From positions 311,550,001 through 311,614,000 of the forward strand of contig OZ024742.1 in NCBI GenBank assembly GCA_964016885.1: a stretch of 64,000 nucleotides of DNA, in the 5' to 3' direction. The position numbers and the translations under genes were made by a program. The DNA is from Eledone cirrhosa. Taxonomy: Eukaryota. Below, piece after piece: positions 1 through 12,485 of this stretch. The stretch's first letter is position 1, and every line of letters starts with the position of its first letter. The notes beneath the pieces are model-generated. The model was not told where the DNA came from. It saw only the letters and a program-made list of their open reading frames with translations, and ran no database searches.

Positions 1-667
1 GTGTATTGTGTTCTTGAGCAAAACACTTCATTTCATGTTGCTCCAGTATACTCAATTGAAAATGAATACCAACAATAGTTAGGAGTTTAACCCTGGAATG
101 GACTGGCGTTTTGTCCAGGGGAGAGTATTGTACTCTCAGTCGCTTATGGCCTCATAAGCCTCTGGGCTTTAGACTTTAGATTTATTCATTTACTTCTATA
201 TAACCCATTTTATATTTTCTTAAAAATATTCCTTCAACTTCTATACATAGTTGTACCCCTCACCTCCTCCACCCTCTATTCCTATGACCATTATACCTCT
301 TCTCCTTCTACTCCACCCTTACTTACCCCACCCACATATCCTTCTGTCGCCTAGGCTGTTTAGATACACTTACCATTATTGCCCCCCCCCCCCCCCTCTG
401 CATTTTCCTCCTTCCTCCTCATCCTCTCTCAGCCCAGCTTACCACCATGCCGGATCTAACTACAGAGTTGCTATGCTAACTAGTGACCTATCTTTACACA
501 TCCCACAAAAATTCCTGTACCCTTGAAAAGGGTTGCTGAACACACAAGCCAAAACTCACTAGACCCAAGGGTCAGGATCTCTTTCTCTCTCTCTATATAT
601 ATATATAGATATATATATAGAAAGAGAGAGATCCGTATATATATAAATGAGTTAGACAAAACTGTTC

Positions 668-880
668 ATCTGATCCAATCCGATCCTGGATCCCTGACCC
701 AATTCAATTCCTGATCCAATCCCGGATCACCCGATCTGATCTTGGATCATCCGATCCGATCCCTGATCTAATACATGATACCGGATCCTCATATCCGATA
801 CTGGTCCCCAATCTGACACCGGATCCCTGATCCAATAACAGATCCCTAATATGATCCCAATTCCTGATACTGGATTTGAA
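668..880 (+). repeat. Degenerate (GATCC)-based low-complexity repeat
   Basis: gatcc/gatac/atccg motif repeated at 5-7 bp spacing. Confidence 0.7.
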
Positions 881-2159
881 CCAATCCTCATAGTGGTGTC
901 ATCCAGTGCTGAACTCCGAAATTGTGGTTCCACTGCGAGAAGGGTTTGGCATGGCCAACTGGCCTGTCCCTTGTCATAGTGGAGTCATGAGGCATCCAAT
1001 ACCTGAACTGAAAGTTCACTGTGTGAAGGGTTCAGCATAGTGATGTCTCCCAGCGTCTGGTTCCCAAACTGTGGTTCCACACATGTCCTTCCTCATAAGT
1101 GTCATACAGTACCAGGCCCCCAAAACTATGGTTACATTGTGAGACAGGTTTGGCACAGCCAACTGGCCTGTCCCGCCTCATCACGGTGCCATCCAGTACT
1201 GGGCCACAAAACTGTGGCTACGTTATGAGATGGATTAGGCTCCTTGTATTGGTGCCATCAAGTATTCAGCTCCGAAACTATGGTTCCAATGCAAGACGAG
1301 TCAGGCTCCAAAACTATGGTTCCGCTGTGAGATGGGTTAAGCACAGCCAACTGGCCTGTCCCTCCTCATAACAGAGCCATGCAATTCCACACTATAAATG
1401 TGGTTGGTATTAGGAAGAGCATCCAGCTGTAAAATACCCGGCCAAATTTACAGTCCTTGTCAGCACAAGGTGCAGCATGGCCAACGCAGGCCAGACTTGC
1501 GTCCTGGTGTGGACAACTCATCTAACCCATGCAAGCGTGGAAAAATGGACGCTAAACAGTGATAATTGTTTCTACTTTTGGCACAAGGCCAGCAATTATC
1601 CCAGTGTATTACTGGTACTTTATTTTATTGACCCCGTAAGGATGAAAGGCAAAGTTAACCTTGGCGGGATTTGAACTCAGTCCATAAAGGGACGTAACTG
1701 TGCTGCAAAGCATGGCGTCTGACCCTCTACCGATACTGCCAATCCACTGCCCTCAGTGATAATGATGATTCAAATTTTTTTTATCAATATAAATAATAAA
1801 TTGTACCCAGTACACTCTGCATGGTAAAATGCACCTAGTACATCCTGCAAATTGTTAGTATTGGTGGCATGAAAAAATACTGTGTACATTCTGCAAAGTG
1901 GTGTCACGAAAAAATGCATCCAGTACACCCTGAATGTGGTTGGCACTAGAAAGGACATCTAGGCATAGAAACCATACCAAATATGGAGTGTATCAGCAAG
2001 TCTGGTCATGGACTATGACAACCTGTCTAACCTATGCCAGCACGAAAAGTGGATGTAAAATGATGATAAATACTTTAATCTTTAGCACGCTAGTCATTTT
2101 TATGAGTTTTTTTGCTATATATGGCTATGGTGCAGCCACACTTAAAATTTGCATCACCA

Positions 2160-2720
2160 GTCTGGAACCCCTATCTTGTTCAGAACATTGACCACCTGGA
2201 AACTGTTCAGTGATGTGCAACCAAGTGAATACCCTCCATCAGGCATCTACCATACTCTGAACACCTTGCTTCCCTGGGCATGGATACATTGAAGCTCCGA
2301 TCTCTGGCAACTGACTTGGTAAACACCCACAAAATTATTAACCATCTTGCCAACAACAACCCTGAGTACCTTTTTGATTTCCATGTGTCTAACACATGTG
2401 GGCATGCCTACAAAGTCAGAAAACAGCACAGCTCCCATGACTTTCGGAAACATTTTTTCACGCTCAGAGTTGCTGAAGTATGGAACAAACTACCTGCATC
2501 AGTTGTTAGCTGCCGAGACACTGCATCTTTTATAACCACCATGCTTCCTGAATTTCGCCAACACTATACTTGATATCCCCCCTCCATACACATGCACACA
2601 TGTATTTCATGACTCATACACTGTTCATTTTCCTGACATTTGAACATTATTCTATGTACTATACATGCACCTTTGATGAGTTGTAGTGCACTGTACACAA
2701 TAATTTCATTATTATTATTA
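2160..2720 (+). mobile_element. CR1/L2-type LINE 3' fragment
   Basis: LATDLVNTHKII...FRKHFFTLRVAEVWNKLP is the CR1-group ORF2 C-terminal motif; (ATT)n tail. Confidence 0.8.
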
Positions 2721-2815
2721 TATATTTTTAAAACCAAGAGTGGTTTCAGGTTGTTTGGTATCACATGGGTTAAATATTAGTTTTCAATACTGATTTTTCC
2801 TCTTCTTTATTTCAG

Positions 2816-2977
2816 CCTGACTACAAAAGTATTGCACAATCCTGTAACATTTGGCGTAACTACCATGATGTACAAGATTCTTGGGATAGTATTGCATCAA
2901 TCATAAAATTCTATGGAGACAATACATTGAAGTTTGCTGAAGTTGCCAAGCCAGGACAGTTCAATGATCCAGATATG
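2816..2977 (+). CDS. NAGA: GH27 alpha-N-acetylgalactosaminidase/alpha-galactosidase, internal exon (upstream exons outside the window)
   Basis: ttcag|CCT...GATATG|gtaag; 162 bp, phase 0; PDYKSIAQSCNIWRNYHDVQDSWDSIASIIKFYG...PGQFNDPDM matches the GH27 CNxWR and NDPDM motifs; same length as human GLA exon 5. NAGA versus GLA cannot be settled from these exons. Confidence 0.93.
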
Positions 2978-4054
2978 GTAAGTTATTAACCTGTTGACTG
3001 CCATGTATATTTTACATAGCTACAGTTGCTGTGCCAGTTTTTTTTCAGTAAAATGACTATTTTTCTGAATGATTACATTAATAAACTAGTAACTCCATCT
3101 AGCTTTGAAGTTATGGACTTTTGGAAATGATTTCATAACTTTAAAGTTAAGAACTGTTAGAAAAGAGTTCAAATATGTTAGGACGAGTTTTCACGTCTAC
3201 GACACTGAAGAGCTTAAGTTTCTTTTCACCTAGTTTTGCATTTTCTGCCATTGTTTGTGAATGTGTTTCTATGGAGGCACATTGGTATATCAAAGGATTT
3301 TAGTTTGGAAACATTCTTGAAAGAGTTACTATGTTGTGAAAGTTTAAGTAAATTTATTCCACATGCCATAAATGAAGGGGTCAGTTATTTTGGCATTTTG
3401 CTTTTTGAAGTTGCCTTATATTGATATGAAATAGTCAGGGCTTGAACACTTTTTATCATAAGTCTGCTAGATCAAGTCTAACTTGGGGCTAAACAACACC
3501 AATAACAAACATTCTTTTTTCATGTTTTAATTATTATTGTTGTTATGTGGCTCTAGTGAAAATGATTTAAGGAAATAGTTCTGTATGAGCAGGATACGGT
3601 CACCTGACCAAACTGGCCTCAAATGGGACAACCTGTCTAACTCATGCCAGCATGGAAGGTGGACGTTAAACGATGATGATGAGTGCCTATAGAAGTGATT
3701 ATACATGCATCATCTCAGATATATTAACATATGATGTCTAGTGTGTCAGTTTTGGCCAAACATTATTGTTTCATCAGCATTCTAGTTCTGCCTACCCCAT
3801 CTTTATTATAGAGGTAAAAAGATTTAAATACACTGAATTCTATATATCTTAGCCTATCAAGTTATTGGGAATTGGTACCACATCATCTGGGAAAAACTAT
3901 ATAAAGTCTGCTCAGCATTATGAAACATGGAACTAAGCACCGATTAATAAAGGATTCTTGGTCTCAGAAAAGACACTTTTATATTCTATCTTATCTTGTG
4001 TGTATCTGATTTAGATTAGGTACACCATATCCTTGTATGCTGTATGGTTGTGTG

Positions 4055-4521
4055 TTTAGGAGATTAGTATCAGTGTATATATATATATATTATCAAGAAT
4101 GACAATAAATGCAGGTGAGTGTTGTGACAAGGTTTTACTTCACAGAAGTCAAATAAATTAATATAAATAATTTGTTACCACATGTAGATGTTCAGTTGGT
4201 CACAACTCCCAGACTGGAGTGTGTAGAGAAGAACAGAAATCTTCTCTTGGAGGTGTTCAAGTATTTCTTTAGGCTGCCGGTATTCTTCTTCTTGCGGGCG
4301 AAGGAAGTGAGACAGGAGTCATCTCTTGACAAGGTCTCAGAATATATAGTCCTCAAATATATAGTTCCCAGGGGGACGCAACTCCATTTAGTACATGAAT
4401 CTGCCAATGGGGGTCGCGCCTGTCGCAAAGGGATGTAACTCCTATACGTGCTGAGTTACGACTGTCGTAAAGGGACGCGACTCCCATACGTGCTGAGTCA
4501 CAGCCGTAAGGGGCCGCTACA
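4055..4521 (-). repeat. Gypsy 3' LTR (467 bp)
   Basis: Preceded on the minus strand by a polypurine tract; about 11 substitutions versus the 5' LTR counted by eye. Confidence 0.93.
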
Positions 4522-4702
4522 GTACCCTCCTCCAGATGCTAGGCGAAAAGCCCGAAGGTAACTGTAGCGAACCCACAAGCATGGGCTCCCAGCACAGGCA
4601 TGAAATGGTAATGAGAAGGTACAATCATGAAATGGTAACGAAAGGTACATGGTAATACAATTACGAGAAAAACAAAAAAAAAATAAGGCTCCAGTGGCCA
4701 GT

Positions 4703-7700
4703 TCACATGAAAACAGTTTGGCAGAGTTTTTTGGGCCAGTGGACTCTTCGACTGGAACGGGTTGTGGTCTTGTATGTAGGTGAAGGTGGGGCAGAAGGAG
4801 CAGGTGTATGCACAAGAGAGAAAGATTGGGGTATTTGTGGCTCGGGTGTATGAGCGTCTTTGTATGCCCTTTTTAGTCTATCCACCGAAATTGTCTCTCT
4901 GGACCCCTTAATGTCTACAGTTAAATGTTTATCAGTACGTGCTAACACACGGTAGGGTCCAGAGTACGGCTGTGTGAGGGGTGGAGTAATCGCATTGTTT
5001 CTAACGAACACATGTATCCACGAGGCAATATCCCTCGGGGCTGCAGCTTTAACATTCTGTTTCCTTGTATTCATGGGTGGTAAGTCCTGAAAATAGGAGC
5101 GCAAACGAGATACGTAGGAAACAGGGTCCTGGAAAGCAAGATCAACAGGGGCAAGCATTTGCCCAAGCAACGCTAGAGGAGCACCATACAGTAATTCGGC
5201 CGGGGAGAACCCAAGGTCCTCCTTTATTGATGACTGAATTCCTAACAACACAATAGGAAGATACTTGCTCCAACGTTGAAAGTCTGGATAGGCGCGAAGA
5301 GCGGCCTTTAATTGGTGGTGGAATCGTTCCATCATTCCGTTTGAAGCAGGATGATAGGCTGTGGTCCGAATCCGTTGAGCGCCAATGATCTTTGTGAGTT
5401 CAGAGAAAAGATGGGACTCAAATTATCTACCACGGTCTGTGGTGACTGTAGTTGGTACCCCAAAGCGGGTAATCCACCCTGATACCAGGGCACGTGCTAC
5501 AGTCTCAGCAGTTATATCTTGTAAGGGGATGGCTTCAGACCATCGCGAAAAACGATCGACACAGGTCAAAGGATACGAATATCCACTGCTGAATGGCCAA
5601 GGTCCAATGATATCAATGTGGATGTGTTGAAACCGAGCATCAGGAGTACTGAAAGTACCAAGCGGAGTCCGGATGTGTCAGGATTTTAGATCTCTGACAC
5701 TGTGTGCAGGAACGGCACCAGACAGTAATTTCTCACCTCATATTGGGCCAGAAAAATCTAGCCGTTATAAGCTTTACTGTGGCAGAAGATCCTGGGTGAG
5801 AAATATTGTGCAAAGCAAGGAACACAATTCGACGGTGAGTCTCAGGAACATATGGTCGTGGTGAATCCGTAGATACATCACATAGAATCTGCCTGTCGGT
5901 GGTCGACAAGGGCAGATATTTGAAGATGCAAGTCGCAAACTTGGCAGAAAGAGTATCCAACGATTGGAGTGCAGGTTCGTCTGCAGCTAAACGACCTAAG
6001 TCGATCTCCTGAGATGATGAGATGGAGCTGATTGGCAAACGTGACAATGCGTCTGCAGCTATGTTATACGAGCCAGCAATGTGCTGGATATCATTTGTAA
6101 ATTGTGAAACATAGTCCAGGTGCCTTGTCTCTCTGGGCGAATATCTCGGCTTTAGCCCTCAAAGCGAAGGTCAGAGGTTTGTGGTCGGTTAAAACTGAAA
6201 TTTCTCCCCTCAAGAATATGAGAGAAATGTTTCACCGACAGATATATGGCTAATAATTTCCGCCCAAACGTGCTGTAACACGTTTCTGCTAGTTTCAGCT
6301 TCCTCGAGAAAAATGCCAAAGGTTGTTGGTTTCCAGCGTTGAACTGCTGTAAAACTGCTCCCACAGCAGTATCAGATGCATCAACACAAAGCGAAAGCTT
6401 GGCCTCTGGTGCTGGGTGGGCTAGCAAAGATGAACTAGCGAGTGCTGTCTTGGCAGTCTGGAAGTCTTGAAGCTGTCCTTGTGTCAAGGAAATATCCTCA
6501 TTCTTCTTACGATGATTTTTCAATATGTCAGTAAGGGAAGATAGCAAATTAGCACAATGAGGAACGAAATGCCTATAGAAATTGATTAGGCCTAAGAAGT
6601 GACGCAACTGGTGAAGTGTAGTAGGCGGAGGTAAATCCTGTATGGCTTGAACTCGCTGAGGGAGCGGCCTAATACCTTCGGCATCGATGAGGTGGCCTAA
6701 AAAATTTAGCGAAGTGGAACCGAAAACACACTTTGCGGGATTCACACGAACGCGGTAATCCTGAAGTCGCCGAAATAAGAGATGCATGTGGCGTATATGC
6801 TCTTCTGGAGAGGAACTAGCGACAAGAATATCGTCTATGTAAGCATAAACGAAGTCCAGACCACGAGTGACTTCGTCTATGAACCGCTGAAAAGTGCTAG
6901 TGGCGTTCCTGAGTCCAAAAGGCATGGTCAAAAATTCGAAGGATCCGAAAGGAGTTGTAATCGCCTTTTTCGGAATATCCTCCTTCCTGACCGGAATTTG
7001 GTGGTAGGCTCGCACTAAATCTAGTTTTGAGAAAATCTTACACCCCTGCAATGAAGATGCGAAATCCTGGAGATGGGTAATGAGATACCTATCTGGGACG
7101 GTCATGGCATTTAACCTTCTATAATCCCCAGTGGGTCTCCAGTCGCCGGAAGTCTTGGGCACCATGTGTAACGGTGAAGCCCAAGGACTCGTAGATGGGT
7201 GAATAATGCCCAGCTACAGCATATGGTCGAACTCGGACCGTGCTGCCTTTAATTTGTCTGCCGGTAAGCGGCGTGGACGCGAAAACACTGGAGCACCGGT
7301 GGTGGAAACAAAATGTTCAGTTGAGTGTGTTGGCTCAGTGACTCGAAAATTTCCATCGGTGAGCTCCGGGAAAGAACCTAACAACGAATGGTAGGCATCT
7401 CCAGCGGCAGCGATGAAGAACATGGGGCTGACTGTTGGAGCATCGGCTTTCCGACCACAAATTGAAAATCCAGTGATGTCATCCACCAGGCGTTGGCCAC
7501 GGACGTCCACAGTCAAAGAGAAGTTGTGGAGGAAATCCGCTCCTAAGATAGGGTATGGCAAATCCGCAACCGTAAAAATCCACTTAAAATCCCTACGAAG
7601 ATTTAGGAATTTGAGAGAAAGTGAGATTTGCCCGTACGTCTTTATAGACGAGTGATTAACTGCCTGCAGAGTAACGGATGACTCTACGGGGGTATCTTTC

Positions 7701-7849
7701 AGGCAATGGACTGGCCAAATACTACAGGAGGCTCCTGTATCCACGAGGAAACCTTTTCCCAACATAAGGTCCTTATTGAAGAAATGGCGCTTTGGAGGCT
7801 TTATGTTGAGGTCAACTGCCCCCATCAGCGTACCTCTTAGGCGTTTCCC
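4703..7849 (-). pseudogene. Gypsy pol (protease, RT, RNase H, integrase) with stops and frameshifts
   Basis: FLVDTGA protease; [19 protein letters not shown] and YIDD RT motifs; DAS RNase H; integrase ERFHHQLK and PYSGPY; in-frame stop near 7214 and frameshifts near 6190 and 5730. Confidence 0.93.
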
Positions 7850-8625
7850 GCCTTATGAAATGAGCAAGGTTGCATGCAGTGGTTTGCGCTCTCGGCAAAT
7901 CGCTCATGGTACCAGCATAAAGATGAACCCGGTGACTTGGAACAACGTCTAAAAGATTGCGATCTCCCGCGGCTGCGCGAACGGGCACCACACCAGGCCT
8001 TCATCTTATGTAGCTCCAGGGTGAGTTCCTGAATGGCCTTCTGCATCGTCATAATAGCTGAGCTGTCTATAGGCGCTGCCGCGCAGATGGCATGGCCAGG
8101 TGTGGCCTGAGCTGGGTGGGAAACAGCGGCAAGGGCTTCGTTGCCTCCAGCACCCGTCACTTCGAAAACTTTGTCCGCAGAGGCGGCAAGCTGATCCACC
8201 GTGCAAGTATCCCTAATGGGGGCCAAAATTGCCTGTACGTTGGTCGGTAGGCGCGAGAAGAACAACTGCTTCAGCATGGCAATTTCCGTTACCGACCCCT
8301 CCGTTAGGTCCTTCATTCGCCTTAGGAGGTTCGATGGGGTGCCATCACCTATATTCTCCAGATGGACCAGAGCCCTAAATCTTTTTTCTGCAGACTGTGC
8401 AGTCCGGCTGAGTATTTCAGCCTTCAGAGACTTGTACGTCGTGTCGGTGGGTGTCTCTAACACCAGGTCCTTAATTGCTGGGAGAAGTGCCGGCGGAATT
8501 GCACTAAGGACCAGAGGACGTTGTTGTGCCTCGTCAATTCTGTTCGCCTCGAAAAATGCTATGAGTTTGGCGAACCATAGCCTTACGTCGCTCGTGTACG
8601 TAGGTAGAACAGAATGAGATGCCAT
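7837..8625 (-). CDS. Gypsy gag
   Basis: MASHSVLP...LWFAKLIAFF...LKQLFFSRLP...CWYHERFAESANHCMQPC, the WF..F N-terminus and CWYH..C..PC knuckle of invertebrate Gypsy gags. Confidence 0.85.
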   Translation of the reverse strand: MASHSVLPTYTSDVRLWFAKLIAFFEANRIDEAQQRPLVLSAIPPALLPAIKDLVLETPTDTTYKSLKAEILSRTAQSAEKRFRALVHLENIGDGTPSNLLRRMKDLTEGSVTEIAMLKQLFFSRLPTNVQAILAPIRDTCTVDQLAASADKVFEVTGAGGNEALAAVSHPAQATPGHAICAAAPIDSSAIMTMQKAIQELTLELHKMKAWCGARSRSRGRSQSFRRCSKSPGSSLCWYHERFAESANHCMQPCSFHKAGNA

Positions 8626-9173
8626 TGGTATACCGTAGGTAATTTGCCAAAAAAAAAATCGTCTCCATTTGGAGAAATGTCTCCAACACAACAGAAAAGG
8701 AAAATAAAATCGCTTATTTTTCTCTGTCAAACAACTGGACAGGTAAAAGAATGCATCCGGGACAATATGCAAAGGAGCGGCTAACCGAACGATGTCATTA
8801 ATAAGGTATAGGCAGGGAACTTAAAACTAAAACCAACATGGCGGACTATTTTGCGCCCAAAACACTATTGATAGAGAAGAAAGCCGCCATCTTGTCATCC
8901 TCAAAATTTTTAGCCAGAGAAAAGAAGAAAAGAAGAATAAAAAGGAAAAAACATTCATACAATTGCTGTTTGTTTGTGTGTAAATAACTTTGGGCGTTCG
9001 TTTTGCACATATGAAGAGTTTGATGTGAAGTGTTACAGAAAAATATGTTTAGATCGGTCAATACAGCCATATCAGAATCAAGTGTGTTGTTCTGTATTAA
9101 ATGTTTTTTTTTATATACACATGGTACTATTTCCCATTCTTTTTTTAAAAAAAAAAAAACGTCAGGTCACCAA

Positions 9174-9683
9174 TTTAGGAGATTAGTATCAGTGTATATA
9201 TATATTATCAAGAATGACAATAAATGCAGGTAAGTGTTGTGACAAGGGTTTACTTCACAGAAGTCAAATAAATTAATATAAATAATTTGTTACCACATGT
9301 AGATGTTCAGTTGGTCACAACTCCCAAACTGGAGTGTGTAGAGAAGAACAGAAATCTTCTCTTGGAGGTGTTCAAGTATTTCTTTAGGCTGCCGGTATTC
9401 TTCTTCTTGTGGGCGAAGGAAGTGAGACAGGAGTCATCTCTTGATAAGGTCTCAGGTGTTCTTGTTGTCCCTTCGAAGTTCAGGATGTGAGAGAGGCTTA
9501 TGCCTTGCCAGTCCTCAAATATATAGTCCCCAGGGGGACGCAACTCCATTTAGTACATGAATCTGTCAATGGGGGTCGCACCTGTCGCAAAGGGACGTAA
9601 CTCCTATACGTGCTGAGTTACGACCGTCGTAAAGGGACGCAACTCCCATACGTGCTGAGTCACAGCCGTAAGGGGCCGCTACA
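9174..9683 (-). repeat. Gypsy 5' LTR (510 bp)
   Basis: Starts TGTAGC on the minus strand, followed by the PBS; near-identical to 4055-4521 with an extra ~50-bp segment. Confidence 0.93.
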
Positions 9684-10030
9684 TGTGTATCTGATTTAGA
9701 ATAGATACACCATATCTCTGTAAGCTGTATAGTTATGTGTATCTGATTTAGATTAGGTACACCATATCGCTGTACGTTGTATGGTTGTCTGTATCTTGTT
9801 TAGATTAGGTACACCATATCCTTGTATGGGTATGGTTGTATGTATCTGGTTTAGATTAGGTACACCATATCGCTGTACGTTGTATGGTTGTATGTATCTG
9901 GTTTAGATTAGGTACACCATATCCCTGTATGTTGTATGGTTGTATGTATCTGGTTTAGAATAGGTACACCATATCCCAGTATGTTGTATGGCTGTATGTA
10001 GCTGATTTAGAATAGGTAATATCATATCCA
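9684..10030 (+). repeat. 52-bp minisatellite (about 6.5 units, plus one unit at ~3998-4054 left of the Gypsy element)
   Basis: TGTATCTGGTTTAGATTAGGTACACCATATCGCTGTACGTTGTATGGTTGTA repeated in tandem. Confidence 0.9.
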
Positions 10031-10470
10031 GTGTGTATCGAGTTCAAAATAGTTGTACTGTATCCCTGTGAGTTTTAAGAAGTGACTAAAATAATTGGTG
10101 TCAGGAAGAGGCATCTGACTATAAAACATTGTCTCAAAAAGTCTTGTCCAACCCATGATAGTAGAGTATTTGTGGCAAGTGTATTACACCATTTGAATCG
10201 GGCAATTTTGATTCACTGCATTTGTTGGTTTCGTTGGCCATCAAATCAAATAGTTCAAGACTAAATAATAGAAAGAAAAAAATCTATTTCTTTTTTCTCA
10301 GAGTCTAAGATATTTACTGGTCCAGGATTTCCTTTAAATATATTAACATTAACTACTGAGAACCAATCACTCCATTCTAAAGTCAGTTCATCATCACCAC
10401 TTTCATCTCGGTTCCCATATAACTTCATCATTGATACATCTTCATCAGTCAGATTCAGACATTAAATCAA

Positions 10471-10903
10471 TTAGCAGAAAAACCACCCTTTGGGTGGTTT
10501 TCTGTTATCAGTTCCATTACAAAGTAATCCATGATACATTTAAAAAAGACGATATTATATATAAACTACATTACAGCAAAATTTTATGGAAATGAAAAAG
10601 AAGAAAATTAGCGACAGAAATATAAACCTTATATAACGATGCAAATATATGAACGTTTACGTAAGCGATGTAATAAGTGTTCTGATATAACAGACGCTAA
10701 CCGGAAGTGTAGACATTTGAAAATCTTAAAAGAAGTGAATCTTAAAATAAGCAATCATTATATATAAGAATATTTATGTTTAATCAACAGCTATGTTAAT
10801 TATGTAATATTCATCCATTATTTATTCAAAGTAATCTAACTTATTTTATAAACAGGATATATTCAGGGTGCAGTCCAGCACTCCTCCCTTTATTATATTA
10901 TGA
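10471..10903 (-). mobile_element. Helitron-like element, second copy
   Basis: Shares agcagaaaaaccaccc, cgctaaccggaagtgt and attatttattcaaagtaatc blocks with 23476-23953. Confidence 0.7.
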
Positions 10904-11832
10904 TATCTGATAAAGTCTGTTCATTTTCCAAATATATTTCATAGTTTTTACTGCTCCAACTACATCAGTTTCTGTAAAGCCTTCAAAGACATCACTTTCA
11001 CTATCCGATGTTATCTTCTTTTAAAAACAATTTTCCTTCTAAAAACAATGTGGTTCTGTCTCTTACATGTAACTTGTATCTAATTACTATGATGCTAAAA
11101 TTATTCATAAAACACTCCCTGATTGGTTCATAGCTTCCTAATTCAACCAATCACTGAGCATTTTACATCAGATATGAATACACTTCAAAGTACGACTCCA
11201 GGCAGGATCCAACTGCTGTAGCAAAACATAAACAATGACTACAAGTGAGATTCAACTCCGAATTAATTTTAATGTCATGACCATAGTCAGTATCAGAGAA
11301 GAAAGAGTTAAGCAGCTGACTTAATTTATCACCAGATTAAACAGCTCTATCTGACCATTGGATACTATTAATGGAGTTCATTCTGTCTGCAACCAATTGA
11401 GGCAGGTAATCCTTCATTACCTATCTCTGGAGTACCAGATGTTCTAGAAATCTGATTCTAATTTAAAGGAATATCTATTTCATATCTTCATATCTGCTTA
11501 ATGTAGTTTTACTGGTCACAGTCTTTTGACTGTGGCCATGTTGGGTAAAACCTTTAACGGTTTTAGTCAATTGTTTGCTGTGGAAGGAAGCTGCAGTAGA
11601 AAAAGACCGAGGAGGATTTGGGCAGAAATGAGAAGACAAAAGAACACAATAGGAAAAGACCTATCAAAGATATGCAAAGCATGGAAAATGGATATAAAAG
11701 GATGCTGCTGCTGCTGATAATATCAATCCTAGTTATTAGAATAGGTACTCTGCTTTCCTGTGTGCTGTAAAAAAGCAACTAAAACTGATTAGAAACTGTG
11801 TTGATATCTTATTGTTGTTATTATTCTTTTAG

Positions 11833-12030
11833 TTAATTGTTGGAGACTTTGGCTTGAGTTTAGACCAGGAGAGGGTCCAGATGGGTATGTGGGCTATCAT
11901 GACAGCCCCTCTCATAATGTCTGTGGATTTACGAAATATCAAACCAGATGCCAAGCAACTGCTTACCAACAAACGCATCATTGCTATAAACCAAGATCCT
12001 CTTGGAATACAAGGAACGAGAATATGGACT
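11833..12030 (+). CDS. NAGA: GH27 NAGA/GLA-like, penultimate exon
   Basis: ttttag|TTAATTGTT...TGGACT|gtaag; 198 bp (same as human GLA exon 6); [34 protein letters not shown]...[12 protein letters not shown] continues directly from NDPDM. Confidence 0.94.
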
Positions 12031-12164
12031 GTAAGTCTTCTGTTCTTTATTTTTTATTTCGGTTTCATTAAATCTTTGATCCTCTTATTTTGGTGTTGCT
12101 TTTTATACAGAAACTGCTGAGACACTGCACAGAGACTATAAAGAGTAACCCCCCTCCCCCCTCG

Positions 12165-12485
12165 GTCATGAATAACCATGGGATTTGCACCTAGAAAGTT
12201 CCCCTCTGATGCACGTCTGGGCAAGCTGTTTGCAGAAGACCAGCAGTTGCCCATGCATACCAGCCTCCCCTCTCCACGCCACCGATGTTGTCCAAGGGAA
12301 AGGCAAAGGCCATAACAGCTTGACACCTGTGATGTCACAACTCATTTCTACAGCTGAGTGAACTGGAGCAACATGAAATAAAGTGTCTTGCTCAAGAACA
12401 CTAGACAAAGCCCGATTGGAGAATTGAACTCACAACCTCATGATTGTAAGCCTGATGCTCTAACCACTAAGCCATGCACTTTCAC
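12165..12485 (-). mobile_element. Related CORE-type SINE with a different 3' part
   Basis: Same head and core (atggcttagtggttagagc...ttcttgagcaagacactttatttca) followed by an unrelated tail. Confidence 0.7.

Larger units (their letters stand above)
4055..9683 (-). mobile_element. Full-length but defective Ty3/Gypsy LTR retrotransposon in the NAGA intron
   Basis: Direct repeats 4055-4521 and 9174-9683; TGTG TSD at 4051-4054 and 9684-9687; minus-strand PBS TGGTGACCTGACG; PPT GGAGGAGGG; gag-PR-RT-RH-IN order. Confidence 0.97.

Noticed and set aside
515-575. Hammerhead-like cccttgaaaaggg...ccaaaactc, and a similar minus-strand motif at ~23275-23350
   Set aside because: Position before (TA)n resembles Penelope ends, but the core lacks GAAA and the stems are poor; not supportable
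9588-9602. 14-mer aaagggacgtaact shared by the Gypsy LTR and the OK SINE
   Set aside because: Similarity does not extend on either side; likely chance
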